From Nannocystales bacterium (GTDB taxonomy: Bacteria; Myxococcota_A; Polyangia; Nannocystales; Nannocystaceae): DNA of 64,000 nt. A model generated the notes under the pieces. It made no database searches and had not been told where the DNA came from. It was given only the letters and a program-made list of their open reading frames with translations. The translations under genes and the position numbers were made by a program. Shown one piece after another: positions 19,125-28,700 of the stretch. Each line of letters begins with the position of its first letter. Positions within the stretch are counted from its first letter, which is position 1. Location: NCBI GenBank assembly GCA_050633305.1, contig JBOEGF010000036.1, positions 1 to 64,000 on the forward strand. The letters are read 5' to 3'.

Positions 19125-21560
19125 GCCTTCGTCGGAACCGGAGGCCTCGAGTACCTCTTCGGACGGGTCGTCGCCAGCGATGACCACGCGCCCGAGTACC
19201 ACCAGCGCTGGGCACTCGATGGCGCCCAAGAACGCGACATGTTCGAGGCCTTCGTCGACGAGATCATGGACCGCTGGCGGCGGTTCCCCGACCTTCACGT
19301 CTACCACTACGCCCCCTACGAGCCCGGCGCCATCAAGCGCCTCATGGGCCGCTACGCCACCCGCGAGGATGAGGTCGATCGCATGCTCCGCGCTGGCGTC
19401 TTCGTCGACCTCTACTCCATCACCAAGCAAGCCCTGCGCGCCAGCGTCGAGCGCTACTCCATCAAGGACCTCGAGCAGTTCTTCGGCTATCAGCGCCAGA
19501 TCGAGCTGCGCGAAGCCTCCATGAACCTACGCGCCTTCGAGCGCACCCTCGAGCTGCACCAGGTCGACGTCGTCCCCCAACCCGTCCGCGTCGCCGTGCA
19601 GGCCTACAACCGCGACGACTGCGTCTCCACCCTGCGGCTGCGCGATTGGCTCGAGGGTCTGCGCGCGGGCCTCGTGGAGGGTGGGGAGGACGTCCCGCGT
19701 CCCGTGCCTCGCGACGCCGAGCCGAGTGAGGAGGTCGACGAGCGCCAGCAGCAGGTGCTTGCCCTCATGCAGCAGCTGCTGCGAGACGTTCCCGTCGACC
19801 GCGAGGAGCGTTCGGAGGAGGAACACGCGCGCTGGCTGCTGGCCCACATGCTGGGTTGGCACCGCCGCGAGGGCAAGGTCCCGTGGTGGGAGTACTTCCG
19901 CCTGGCCGAGTTGGACGAAGAAGAACTCATGGATGAGAGGGCAGGGGTTGCGGGGCTCGAGTTCGTCGAGCCCGCGGGTGGGACGGCGAAGTGTCCCATC
20001 CACCGCTACCGGTTTCCGTCGCAGGACACCGCCGTGCGAGACGAGGACGAGCTCCACACCGGGGTCGACGCCAAGTTCGGAAAAGTGGTCGGCATCGATC
20101 TGACCGGTCGAACCGTCGACATCAAGAAGCGTGGGGACACGGCCGACCTCCACCCGAGCGCCGCTTTCGCACACTCCACCGTCGGAACCACCGTCCTGTC
20201 GGACTCCCTCTTCCGCCTCGGCGAGTGGGTCGCTGCCCACGGGGTCAACGCGCACGGCCCGCTCAGAGCAGGGCGGGACCTCCTGTTGGGTCTCGTGCCT
20301 CGATGCTTGGGGCCTGCCCAACCCGGCGCTGCCCTCCAGCGCACGGGCGAGACCGCGCTCGAAGCCGCTCGCCGCCTTGCCCTGGAACTCGACGGTGGCG
20401 TCCTCGCCATCCAAGGCCCTCCCGGCGCCGGCAAGACCTTCACCGGGGCCCGCATGATCTGCGAACTCGTCCGCGCCGGGAAGAAGGTCGGCATCACCGC
20501 TGGCGGGCACAAGGTGATCCGAAACCTGCTCGAGGCCGTCGTCGAGGCCGCTGCACAGGAGGGTCTCTCGATTCGCTGTCTTCAGAAGGTCAAGGGCAAG
20601 GCCGCCAAGGACGAAGGCCAGCCGATCCGCGAGACCGCGAAGAACCAGGACCTGGACGCCGCGCTCGCCGACGGCACTGTCGATGTTGCCGCGGGCACCG
20701 CATGGCTCTGGTCCCGGGAGGCCGCCGCCGAGTCCCTCGACGTCCTCTTCGTCGACGAGGCCGGGCAGATGTCCCTCGCGAACGTCCTCGCCGTCTCCCA
20801 GGCCGCCCACAGCGTCGTCCTCCTCGGCGACCCCCAACAGCTCGAGCAACCCCTCCAGGGCACTCACCCCGAGGGCACCGACGTCTCCGCCCTCGAGCAC
20901 CTCCTGCGCGGCAAGCAGACCATCGCCGCCGACCGCGGCTTGTTCCTGGCCGAGACCTACCGCCTGCACCCCTCTATCTGCCAGCTCACCTCCGAGCTGT
21001 CTTACGAAGGCCGCCTCACCTCGCGCCCCGAGCTCGCCCAACAAGCCCTCCTCGGCGACACCCCCTTCGCCGGTGCAGGCCTGTGGACCGTCGCCGTTGC
21101 GCACGACGGCAACCGCAACAGCTCCAGCGAAGAGGTCGAAGCCGTCGCCGAGATCTACGAGGGACTCCTCTCTGGCGATGTCTCCTGGCGGAATCAGGAC
21201 GGTGTCGAAGCCAAGCTCACCGCCGCCGACATCCTGATCGTCGCCCCCTACAATGCCCACGTTGGCCTCCTCGGCGAGCGGCTGCCGGGCGCCAAGATCG
21301 GAACCGTCGACAAGTTCCAGGGCCAAGAGGCACCCGTCGTCATCTACTCCATGGCGACCTCATCCCCCGACGAGGCGCCGCGGGGGATGGAGTTCCTGTT
21401 CAGCCTCCACCGGCTCAACGTGGCCACATCGAGGGCTCGCTGCGCCTGTATCCTCGTCGCAAGCCCGCGCTTGTTCGAACCCGACTGCCGGACGCCCAGG
21501 CAGATGCAGCTCGCGAACGCGTTCTGCCGCTGCGCGGAGCTGGCGACGACGGTCGAATAG
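19125..21560 (+). pseudogene. TM0106-like RecB/RNase H/Upf1-type SF1 helicase, N-terminally truncated (first ATG 19239)
   Basis: The frame is homologous from AFVGTGGLEYLFG just after the drmC stop. HVYHYAPYE, YSIKDLE, YNRDDC, QGPPGAGKT, VDEAGQ, GDPQQL, GTVDKFQGQE and RLNVATSRA are present. The N-terminal nuclease part is missing. Confidence 0.75.
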
Positions 21561-21624
21561 GAGCCGAGCACCATGCCTTCGCCGACGTGCCCACCGCGGG
21601 GGCAGGGACTCCGGCGCCCGCCCG

Positions 21625-21736
21625 TCACTCGTCCTTCCCCTCCAGCCGCTTCACCTCTCGCTCGAAGTCACTCTCGAACTCCCGGTCCTGCTGCACGCGG
21701 TACTTCGCATACACCTCCTCTGCGAGCCTCCCGGCG
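21625..21736 (-). repeat. Direct repeat copy 1 (112 bp): 3' end remnant of a RhuM-family gene
   Basis: Minus strand encodes RLAEEVYAKYRVQQDREFESDFEREVKRLEGKDE*; 7 mismatches versus copy 2. Confidence 0.8.
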
Positions 21737-21872
21737 GGGTGGATGCGCTGGCGAAGCTCGCGAAAGCCGTCGCGTAGTTGCGCGACTCAACGCGCTGCGA
21801 ACTGCGACTCCGTCGCAGATCAAGAGTCGGTCGGCGGAGAACCGTACCCGGTCCCCGCGAATCAGAAGACCG

Positions 21873-22082
21873 TCACCCGCCCGAAAGATACGGCGGCTCT
21901 TCCGGTAGCTTTGGAGAACCGTCTTCGTTCCTCCGGCCGCGCCGGATCTCTGCCGCGAGATGGTCTTCCCGAGAGGTATTCTTGAGCCGTTCGAGCATGC
22001 GCTGGAAGACGCGCTCCGCTTCGCGAACCGAGGGGTCCACGATGACCCTCTTCGTGCTTGGCTCCGACATCAGCTTAACCAT
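21873..22082 (-). CDS. Small charged protein, putative antitoxin
   Basis: 69-aa ORF MVKLMSEPSTK...; its ATG overlaps the stop of the upstream ART-like gene. Confidence 0.55.
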   Translation of the reverse strand: MVKLMSEPSTKRVIVDPSVREAERVFQRMLERLKNTSREDHLAAEIRRGRRNEDGSPKLPEEPPYLSGG

Positions 22083-22677
22083 GACGAGCTTGCCCTGCCT
22101 GTGCAAGTTGCGCGGGTTCCACCGGGTCGTTGCTCGTCTCGAGTGACGGCCGGAACAGCCCGATGAGCGCTTCTGGCCTTCGAACGACGATCTGGATGTG
22201 ATTCTCCCCGAGAATCTCGGAGCCGGGCGCAACGGGCCTCCCCTCTTGAAACAGACCTCGCACGGTGTGGAACGCGGCGCCCTCCACCTCCTCCATCTGG
22301 TCGCAAAAGCTGTTCACCAAGAAGCAGTCCAGGTCGCGCCTCTTGTCCCGGTTCTGCGGGAACTCATCGCCCCTCTCCTGAAGGACAGTCGCAATCTCGG
22401 CGAGCCGGCGCGTGTGATCCGTGTCGAGAAGGTCGAGGCAGTTCCCGAGCTGGATAATCGCTCCAACCACCGCGAACTTAGGTCCCTCCTGGGAGCCCCA
22501 CCTCTCCCGCGCCCAATCATGGGCCCTTTGCAAGCCGAACTCCCAGAAGTAGATGCCATGGCCAAGCCAATCCCACGAGTTCTTGCTGTGCTTGAACCCC
22601 TCACCTTCGAGTAGCAGGCGGTCGGCAACCTCTTTCGAGCAAGCGTGGTAGCCGATGACTCTGCGGTCGTACTGCAT
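22075..22677 (-). CDS. Putative ADP-ribosyltransferase (PARP/ART-like fold) toxin
   Basis: VIGYHAC...GFKHS...DWLGHGIYFWE...NHIQIVVR follows an H-Y-[Q/E] ART-like motif arrangement. Confidence 0.6.
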   Translation of the reverse strand: MQYDRRVIGYHACSKEVADRLLLEGEGFKHSKNSWDWLGHGIYFWEFGLQRAHDWARERWGSQEGPKFAVVGAIIQLGNCLDLLDTDHTRRLAEIATVLQERGDEFPQNRDKRRDLDCFLVNSFCDQMEEVEGAAFHTVRGLFQEGRPVAPGSEILGENHIQIVVRRPEALIGLFRPSLETSNDPVEPAQLAQAGQARHG

Positions 22678-22878
22678 GCCGACGAGCAGCCTATCGGCCT
22701 CCGCGATGACGCCACAATCGGCGAGGCGCTTCGGGGACAGGTTGAAGCTCGAGGAGCGTGTCGAAGCGTCGGAGCAGAGCGACCAGGCGGGAGCGATTCA
22801 ATCCACACGACCCGGAGACCTGTCCCTCGGTCGCCCGCAACCTTGTCCCACCCTCCGCAACCTTCCAAGGTCCTGCCG

Positions 22879-23943
22879 ATGGGCGTGCACGTGAACCTCT
22901 GGGTCGAACACAGTCGGATCGACCCCGAGGCATGGACGGCATACTTCGACGAAGCGCTCGTCACCACCCGGGCGTATCCACCAGGCGCGCTGTCGCTGGG
23001 CATGCTCGAGGTCGGGGGGGTCGAGATCCCCGCCTACACCAACGAGGTGCTTCAAGCGCGCGGCGGCGTTCCCTGCATTCGCATCGCAGGCGATCGAGCC
23101 TCCAAACGCACGGCGGAGTCGTTCGAGATTCCCCAGCACCTCCGGCCCAGCCGCGTCCCCTCTGGCCGCGCGGCGCCGCACGCCCACGTACTGTGTCACT
23201 TCGGCGACGACGATTCGTGGCCGGCCACCGTGTTTGCGCGCAAGACCCAGGGCCATCCGTTCCACGTGCTCATGGTCGCGCTCGGTCTTCTGGCCGAGTG
23301 TCGTTTTCCCGGGGTCGCGGCCGTCGGCGGAGACATCGACGCTCGCGATGGCGAGCAGGCGCGCGCGCTACTGCAACAGCTCCTCGGCCAACGCTTCGAC
23401 AGGCCGCTTTGCACCGACGAGCCTCGTCTCCGCTCCACACTCCAACCCAGCCTCAGCCCTGTCGCCATCGACCGCGCTGTTCAACACCTGGTCCGGCCGC
23501 TCGACCCCGCGATCATCGGCGACATTCTCGGCCACCTGCGCGCGGCCCCGTTGGGCAAGGTCCGACACGAACTCGAGACCTTCGTACCGAGCGCCCCCAG
23601 CTTTGAGGTGCTGTGCAACGAGACGCAGGAGGTCTTTGTGACGCTCGCGGGCTCCCTCTCGCGAGCGTTCGACGATCCGACGTCCGAAGAACTCCTCGCG
23701 GCGTTGGACCACGCCCGCGCCCTGCAGATCCTTGCCAGAACCACCCACAGGCGCCGTCTCACGCTCACCGAAGACGCCTGGGTTTCTCTACGTCAGGCCC
23801 CGACGGAGGTCCTGAGATTTTGCGTCCGCTTCGCGGCCTTCGAGTGGAAGGGGTGGGAACTCCATCAGGTCGTCCGGGGCATCTTCGAGAACGAGCACGT
23901 CCGCGAAGCCATGTTCGCGCGATGGAGCGAGGGCCCCGTGTAG
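22879..23943 (+). CDS. Conserved hypothetical protein
   Basis: MGVHVNLWV... ORF with KTQGHPFH-x-LLAECRFP-x-VGGDI motif and host-like codon usage. Confidence 0.7.
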   Translation: MGVHVNLWVEHSRIDPEAWTAYFDEALVTTRAYPPGALSLGMLEVGGVEIPAYTNEVLQARGGVPCIRIAGDRASKRTAESFEIPQHLRPSRVPSGRAAPHAHVLCHFGDDDSWPATVFARKTQGHPFHVLMVALGLLAECRFPGVAAVGGDIDARDGEQARALLQQLLGQRFDRPLCTDEPRLRSTLQPSLSPVAIDRAVQHLVRPLDPAIIGDILGHLRAAPLGKVRHELETFVPSAPSFEVLCNETQEVFVTLAGSLSRAFDDPTSEELLAALDHARALQILARTTHRRRLTLTEDAWVSLRQAPTEVLRFCVRFAAFEWKGWELHQVVRGIFENEHVREAMFARWSEGPV

Positions 23944-24019
23944 CTCACTACGCACTCCGCCTTCGCGCGCGGCGTGAAGTCGAACCCGCTCTCCGCTGCG
24001 ATCCTCGGAACGAGCCGCG

Positions 24020-24364
24020 GTGTCGCCAGCGCTCCTCGAGGACACCGACGCGCAGATCCTCATCGCCGAGGCCGACGGCGAGGCGTTGGGCTACCTCGTG
24101 GCGAAGCACGAGCGCCGCGAGCACCCGATGGTCACGCCGCGATCGTTCGTGCTGATCGACGCACTCGCAGTGTCGGCGAAGGTGTGGCGGCGCGGCCCGG
24201 AGGCTGATGGATGCCGCGACGGCCCACGCCCAGGCACTGGGACCGAGCCCGTGGAGCTGACGGTGCGATCGTTCAACCGCGAGGCGATCGTGTGCTACGA
24301 GGCGCTGGGGTTTGGGGCCGAGCCGCTGCGGATGAGCCTTCCGAACCGCGAGCCCGACGCGTGA
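24020..24364 (+). pseudogene. Degenerate GNAT acetyltransferase
   Basis: ILIAEADGEALGY, LIDALAVSAKVWRRG and VELTVRSFNREAIVCYEALGF are present. The N-terminus is missing and the motif A region is disrupted. Confidence 0.6.
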
Positions 24365-24368
24365 ACCA

Positions 24369-24480
24369 TCACTCGTCCTTCCCCTTCAGCCGCTTCATCT
24401 CTCGCTCGAAGTCACTCTCGAACTCCCGGTCCTGCTGCACGCGATACTTCGCATACTCTTTCTCTGCGAGCCTCCGGGCG
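24369..24480 (-). repeat. Direct repeat copy 2 (112 bp): RhuM-family 3' end remnant
   Basis: Minus strand encodes (NAGQVSAAVA)RRLAEKEYAKYRVQQDREFESDFEREMKRLKGKDE*. Confidence 0.8.
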
Positions 24481-24793
24481 ACGGCTGCCGACACCTGACC
24501 GGCATTTCGCGAGAAACCGAGCGATTCCCCTTGGTTCGAACGACTCTCTCACCGTTGGTAGCCACAACGTCGTCCGGATCACCCGCCCCCAGCGCTAGGC
24601 GCCGGCCTCGGCGGACTGCCATGGAACACCGTACGCGAGCGCGTCACGGACTCCCTCGGGTCGCTCGAAGGCGTGCAGGTCTTTCTCTACGCGCCCAAGT
24701 GACGAACCCCCGCAAACCTGTCCCTGGGGTCCGTGCTCGAAGAAGATCTCACCTTCCATGCAACACCGCCATCCGACGGCCGACCCAACCAGC

Positions 24794-25219
24794 ATGACGC
24801 ACAGCTACCCCGAGCACCCACCCGAAGTCCTCCCGCCCGAGGGCGTCATCGAGATGGCCTGCACGAAGTACGGCGACGACCCCGAGCTCTTCCACGCGTA
24901 TGCATCTTTTGCGGGCAGGGTCGATGCATTTCTCTCCTGTCGCGGCCTTCAGGGATGGGACGCGTTGGACGTGGAGCGCTTCATCCTCTCGGCGAGGACA
25001 CCGTCGGAGGCGGGAACCCTGTGCTGCATGCTGGCGACGGTGCTGCCCTGGATGGTCGGAGCCGAAGACATCTCCCGGTTCGACGCGAGCCGCCAACTCG
25101 CAGCACTCCTCGAATCCTGCCCGGGAGACGTCCAGGCGCGCACTTGCGTGAAGCAGGCGATCGAACAACTCGAGGAGACCGAGGCTTGGGCAGACGGATC
25201 GGAGGAACTCCGACACTGA
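24794..25219 (+). CDS. Hypothetical protein
   Basis: 141-aa ORF with host-like codon usage, convergent with the next gene. Confidence 0.55.
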   Translation: MTHSYPEHPPEVLPPEGVIEMACTKYGDDPELFHAYASFAGRVDAFLSCRGLQGWDALDVERFILSARTPSEAGTLCCMLATVLPWMVGAEDISRFDASRQLAALLESCPGDVQARTCVKQAIEQLEETEAWADGSEELRH

Positions 25220-25234
25220 GATGTCGAGCAGCCC

Positions 25235-26218
25235 TCAGGCCCAGCGGATCTGATAACGCAGGCTGTGCCCGCACACTTCGGAGAACCGCTGCACGGAGCG
25301 GGCGCTCATCTTCTCGGAGACGGCGATGGGGATTCGGGTGGTGAGCCAGCTGCCGAGGGAGGGGACCTCGCCCTGAAATGTGGGGCCTTCGGCGGGCTCG
25401 CGCAGGACGACGTGGGCGTCGATGGCATCGGCCCGGTCCATGAGGTCGAAGACCTGGCGGAAGAGGATGTAGGAGGTGTCGCTGCGGTGGGCGGACCAGT
25501 TGGCGACGGGCATGAAATCCACGAGGTGGATGAGCTGGTAGTTCATGGCCTCCCAGAACTGCTCTCCGGTCAACTCGAGGGGCTCGTTGTCGATCACGCG
25601 CCTCATGGAGACGGCCTTGATCGGACGACCGACGTTCCGGCGGAGCTCGTGGCGAATCTCGCCGGAGTACAGGAGGCGAAGCAGGCTGGGGAAGGCGGCG
25701 ACCTGTAAGAAATCGGAAGGACTGAGCAAGGCCTCCAGGCGCGGGATCTTGTTCGCCTCCATGGCGAAGGTGTTGGTCCCGGTGCCCAGGATGCTGTGCA
25801 GCAGCATGACCAAGGGGCTTCCGGCTGGGTAGTACTTGGCGGTGTACTCGAAGCAAAAGTACAGGTGGTCGAGGAAGGAACCGTCGGCGTGCTCGACGTC
25901 GAAGTTGCACTCCTGAACGAGGAAGCTGGCGAGGGCTTCGGGAACGGGGGGGAGTTCGAGACCCTCGGTGGCGCGGTCGTAGGCGGCCTGAACGTCGGCG
26001 GATGCGTCGCTCTGCCAGGAGACATCCTTCCCAACTCGGTGCCGAATCACGTAGCGCGCGGCGGGGCTCTGCAAGGTCTGGAAAATCGTTCGATTGAGGT
26101 CGAAGTCTTCGATCGGCTTCACCTCGACCTTGCCCTTGTGGTCGCGTGCCCCGGCGTAGGCAATGGCGGCCTTGCGCGCGACGGTGGGCTCGGGCCTTTC
26201 TGCGGCGTTCTGCGGCAT
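25235..26218 (-). CDS. Hypothetical protein with HD-like (DUF6817-like) motif
   Basis: VEHADGSFLDHLYFC...LLHSILGTGTNTF; ATG at 26218. Confidence 0.7.
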   Translation of the reverse strand: MPQNAAERPEPTVARKAAIAYAGARDHKGKVEVKPIEDFDLNRTIFQTLQSPAARYVIRHRVGKDVSWQSDASADVQAAYDRATEGLELPPVPEALASFLVQECNFDVEHADGSFLDHLYFCFEYTAKYYPAGSPLVMLLHSILGTGTNTFAMEANKIPRLEALLSPSDFLQVAAFPSLLRLLYSGEIRHELRRNVGRPIKAVSMRRVIDNEPLELTGEQFWEAMNYQLIHLVDFMPVANWSAHRSDTSYILFRQVFDLMDRADAIDAHVVLREPAEGPTFQGEVPSLGSWLTTRIPIAVSEKMSARSVQRFSEVCGHSLRYQIRWA

Positions 26219-26356
26219 CTCAGCGCGAAGCGTAGCAGAGGTCGTTCGGGCTCGGGACGCAGGGCAGGTGGCGCTGCGACCGTGGGTAACCGGCCACGGA
26301 GTTCGGACGGAGACGGGGTCCGGGCGGACGCACGGTGTGCAATCCTCGGTACCGCG

Positions 26357-27538
26357 ATGGTGAAGACCCGAAAGCACGTGGACGATCTTCGGGGTGCGGG
26401 ACGGCTGGCGGTGGAGGCGACGCGCGGTGTGACGGCGTTGGTGGAAGCGATGCACCGAACGATCGGCAGCGGGCCGGCGGTGTTGGGCAAGCCGTTGGCG
26501 GGCCCGGTCGAGGTGGGGACGGCCGCGGTGTACGGGGCGATTCGCGGCGTGAGCGGGGTGGTGGGCGCGGGCATCGACGCGGCGCTGGCCGGGGTCGGCC
26601 CGTTGCTGGGAGAGAGCACGCCTGGACCCGCGCGGGAGGCCTTGCTGTCGGGACTCTGCGGGGTGCTGGGCGACTATCTGGAGGACACGGGCAATCCGTT
26701 GGCGCTGTCGATGCTGTTGCGCCGCGGCGGGGTGGCGCTTCCGGTCTCGGATCTGAAGGCGATGGCGGAGGCGGTGCCGGACGCGAGCTCGAGCATCCTG
26801 CTGACGGTCCACGGGTCGTGCATGAACGACCGGCAGTGGCGATACAAGGAGCACGACCACGCGGACGCCTTGCAGGAGGCGCTGGGGTGGACGCGGGTCG
26901 ATGCGGTCTACAACAGCGGCCTGCACATCTCGACCAACGGGAGGACGCTCGCGACTCAACTCGAAGCGCTGGTGGATGCGTGGCCCACTGGGGTCGAGCG
27001 GATCGTCGTGCTGGGGCACAGCATGGGAGGGCTGGTCGCCCGCAGTGCCTGCCGCATCGCAGAAGACACGCCGCTTCGGTGGCGGGGGCTGCTTGGCGGT
27101 CTGGTTTGTCTGGGGACGCCGCACCACGGAGCGCCGCTGGAGCGCGGCGGCAATGGCATCGATGTGCTGCTGGGCTTGAGCCCATACAGCGCACCGCTGG
27201 CCGGACTCGGCAAGATCCGCAGCGCAGGCGTGACAGACCTACGCTACGGCAACGTGTTGGACGCCCACTGGGAGGGCCGCGACCGTTTTGAGCCCGGCGC
27301 GGATCGGCGCAGCCCGGTGCCGCTGCCTGCGGGGGTGGACTGCTACGCGGTCGCGGGGCAGCGGGGTCGTGGTGGGGATGGGTTGGTCCCGGTCGACAGC
27401 GCGCTGGGCAGACATCGCGACGCGCAGCAGACGCTCGCGTTTGCGGCGGAGCACACGCTGGTGGTCCCGGAGACGAGCCACCTCGACCTGCTGGGCCACC
27501 CGGACATCTACACGCAACTCGAGGCGTGGCTACGCTGA
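26357..27538 (+). CDS. PGAP1-like alpha/beta hydrolase (lipase family)
   Basis: LTVHGSCM, YNSGLHIS, GHSMGG nucleophile elbow, LGTPHHGAPLE and GDGLVPVDSA. Confidence 0.9.
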   Translation: MVKTRKHVDDLRGAGRLAVEATRGVTALVEAMHRTIGSGPAVLGKPLAGPVEVGTAAVYGAIRGVSGVVGAGIDAALAGVGPLLGESTPGPAREALLSGLCGVLGDYLEDTGNPLALSMLLRRGGVALPVSDLKAMAEAVPDASSSILLTVHGSCMNDRQWRYKEHDHADALQEALGWTRVDAVYNSGLHISTNGRTLATQLEALVDAWPTGVERIVVLGHSMGGLVARSACRIAEDTPLRWRGLLGGLVCLGTPHHGAPLERGGNGIDVLLGLSPYSAPLAGLGKIRSAGVTDLRYGNVLDAHWEGRDRFEPGADRRSPVPLPAGVDCYAVAGQRGRGGDGLVPVDSALGRHRDAQQTLAFAAEHTLVVPETSHLDLLGHPDIYTQLEAWLR

Positions 27539-27565
27539 GATACGCCCGCCCGAGCCTGGGCGCGG

Positions 27566-28636
27566 CTACCTCTCGTAGAGGGTCTCGGCTGGACCGAGGT
27601 CGTCCTCGCCGGGCGCGTCGGCGGCATCGAGCACGAACATGAACTTGTCGATCTCGACGCCGTCTTCGCGCATGGAGACCTGGACGTCATGCCAGCCGGG
27701 CTCGTCGACCTCGAACCAGATGTTGGCGTCCTGCTGCGACACGCCCTCGATGTCGACGCCGCCGGTGTGCTGGTTCTGGCCGCGACGGTGGTTGACGAAG
27801 CGCCAGCCGTTGGGGAACTGCCAGCGCATGCCGGAGTTGTCGCCGAGCTCGTTGCTGGGCCACTGGCCGTCGATGCCCAGGTGCAGGCCGTTGGCGGCGG
27901 GACCCCGCCCCCGGGCGCGGCAGTAGCCGTAGTACCGCCCGGTCTGGTTGAAGAAGACTCGGTAGCTCAGCACGGCAACGGCACCGGGGGTGTTGCTGAA
28001 CCCACCGGAGGGTTCTTCGTCGGCGGAGTCGGCACGTCGGCGATCGGGGAGGACCTCCAAGTAGGTCTCGTTGGAGGCATCGGCGGGGTCGGTCAGGGCG
28101 TTGCCTTCGCCGCCGAGGCCGTCGCCATCACACTCGGAGTACAGGTTGCACAGCGGGGTGTTGTCGGCGGTGCAGGGGGTGTCGACGACGCAGCCATCGA
28201 TCTGATCGTCGGGGATGTCTCCGCTGGCGCTCGAGATCTCGTACCAACGCAAGCGGTTGGGCTCGGTGTTGGTCTGCTCGGTGTAGTGCTCGGCTTCGAA
28301 CACGACGATGCCGTCGATTTCCTCGAAGTCGGTGTTTGGGCCCACGCCGCCGGTTGTTTCATCCCCGGTCGAGCTCGCGTTGGTGGGGTCGATGGTGGTG
28401 CCCGGGTCGCTGGTTGAGCCGGTGGTGGCGCTCGTGGGCGCGCCGGTGGTGCTCGTGGATGACGTGGCGGATGCGGGTCCGCTGCCGGACCCCGTTCCGG
28501 TGGGGTCGGTGCCATCGGTCGTGGGTGTCTCGGTCGCGGATGCGTCTTCGGTGTCGGCGCCCGTGTCGTCGGAGCCGCACCCAAACACGCCGACGCAGAT
28601 CGCGATTCCCCATGCCTGCTTCAACTTCGCCATCAT
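27566..28636 (-). CDS. Lipoprotein with Ser/Thr linker and CBM-like (GH115 C-terminal-like) domain
   Basis: Lipobox VFGC; FEEIDGIVVFEAEHY, LSYRVFFNQTGRY and MREDGVEIDKF. Confidence 0.7.
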   Translation of the reverse strand: MMAKLKQAWGIAICVGVFGCGSDDTGADTEDASATETPTTDGTDPTGTGSGSGPASATSSTSTTGAPTSATTGSTSDPGTTIDPTNASSTGDETTGGVGPNTDFEEIDGIVVFEAEHYTEQTNTEPNRLRWYEISSASGDIPDDQIDGCVVDTPCTADNTPLCNLYSECDGDGLGGEGNALTDPADASNETYLEVLPDRRRADSADEEPSGGFSNTPGAVAVLSYRVFFNQTGRYYGYCRARGRGPAANGLHLGIDGQWPSNELGDNSGMRWQFPNGWRFVNHRRGQNQHTGGVDIEGVSQQDANIWFEVDEPGWHDVQVSMREDGVEIDKFMFVLDAADAPGEDDLGPAETLYER

Positions 28637-28700
28637 CGACAACCACGGTACGCGAGCGGGCGTCCGCGTGTGCTGCAGGTTCGGTGAGGTTGACCCGGGC

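Noticed and set aside
19239..21560. Calling the downstream helicase drmD
   Set aside because: Its motifs are SF1/Upf1-like with an RNase H-like region, not SNF2.
3987..21985. Long alternative-frame or antisense ORFs (e.g. 3987..5708-, 5368..6774-, 10981..12213-, 13010..14989-, 19527..21326-, 19991..21985+)
   Set aside because: They are shadows of well-supported genes in high-GC DNA, with low-complexity or antisense-typical composition and no motifs.
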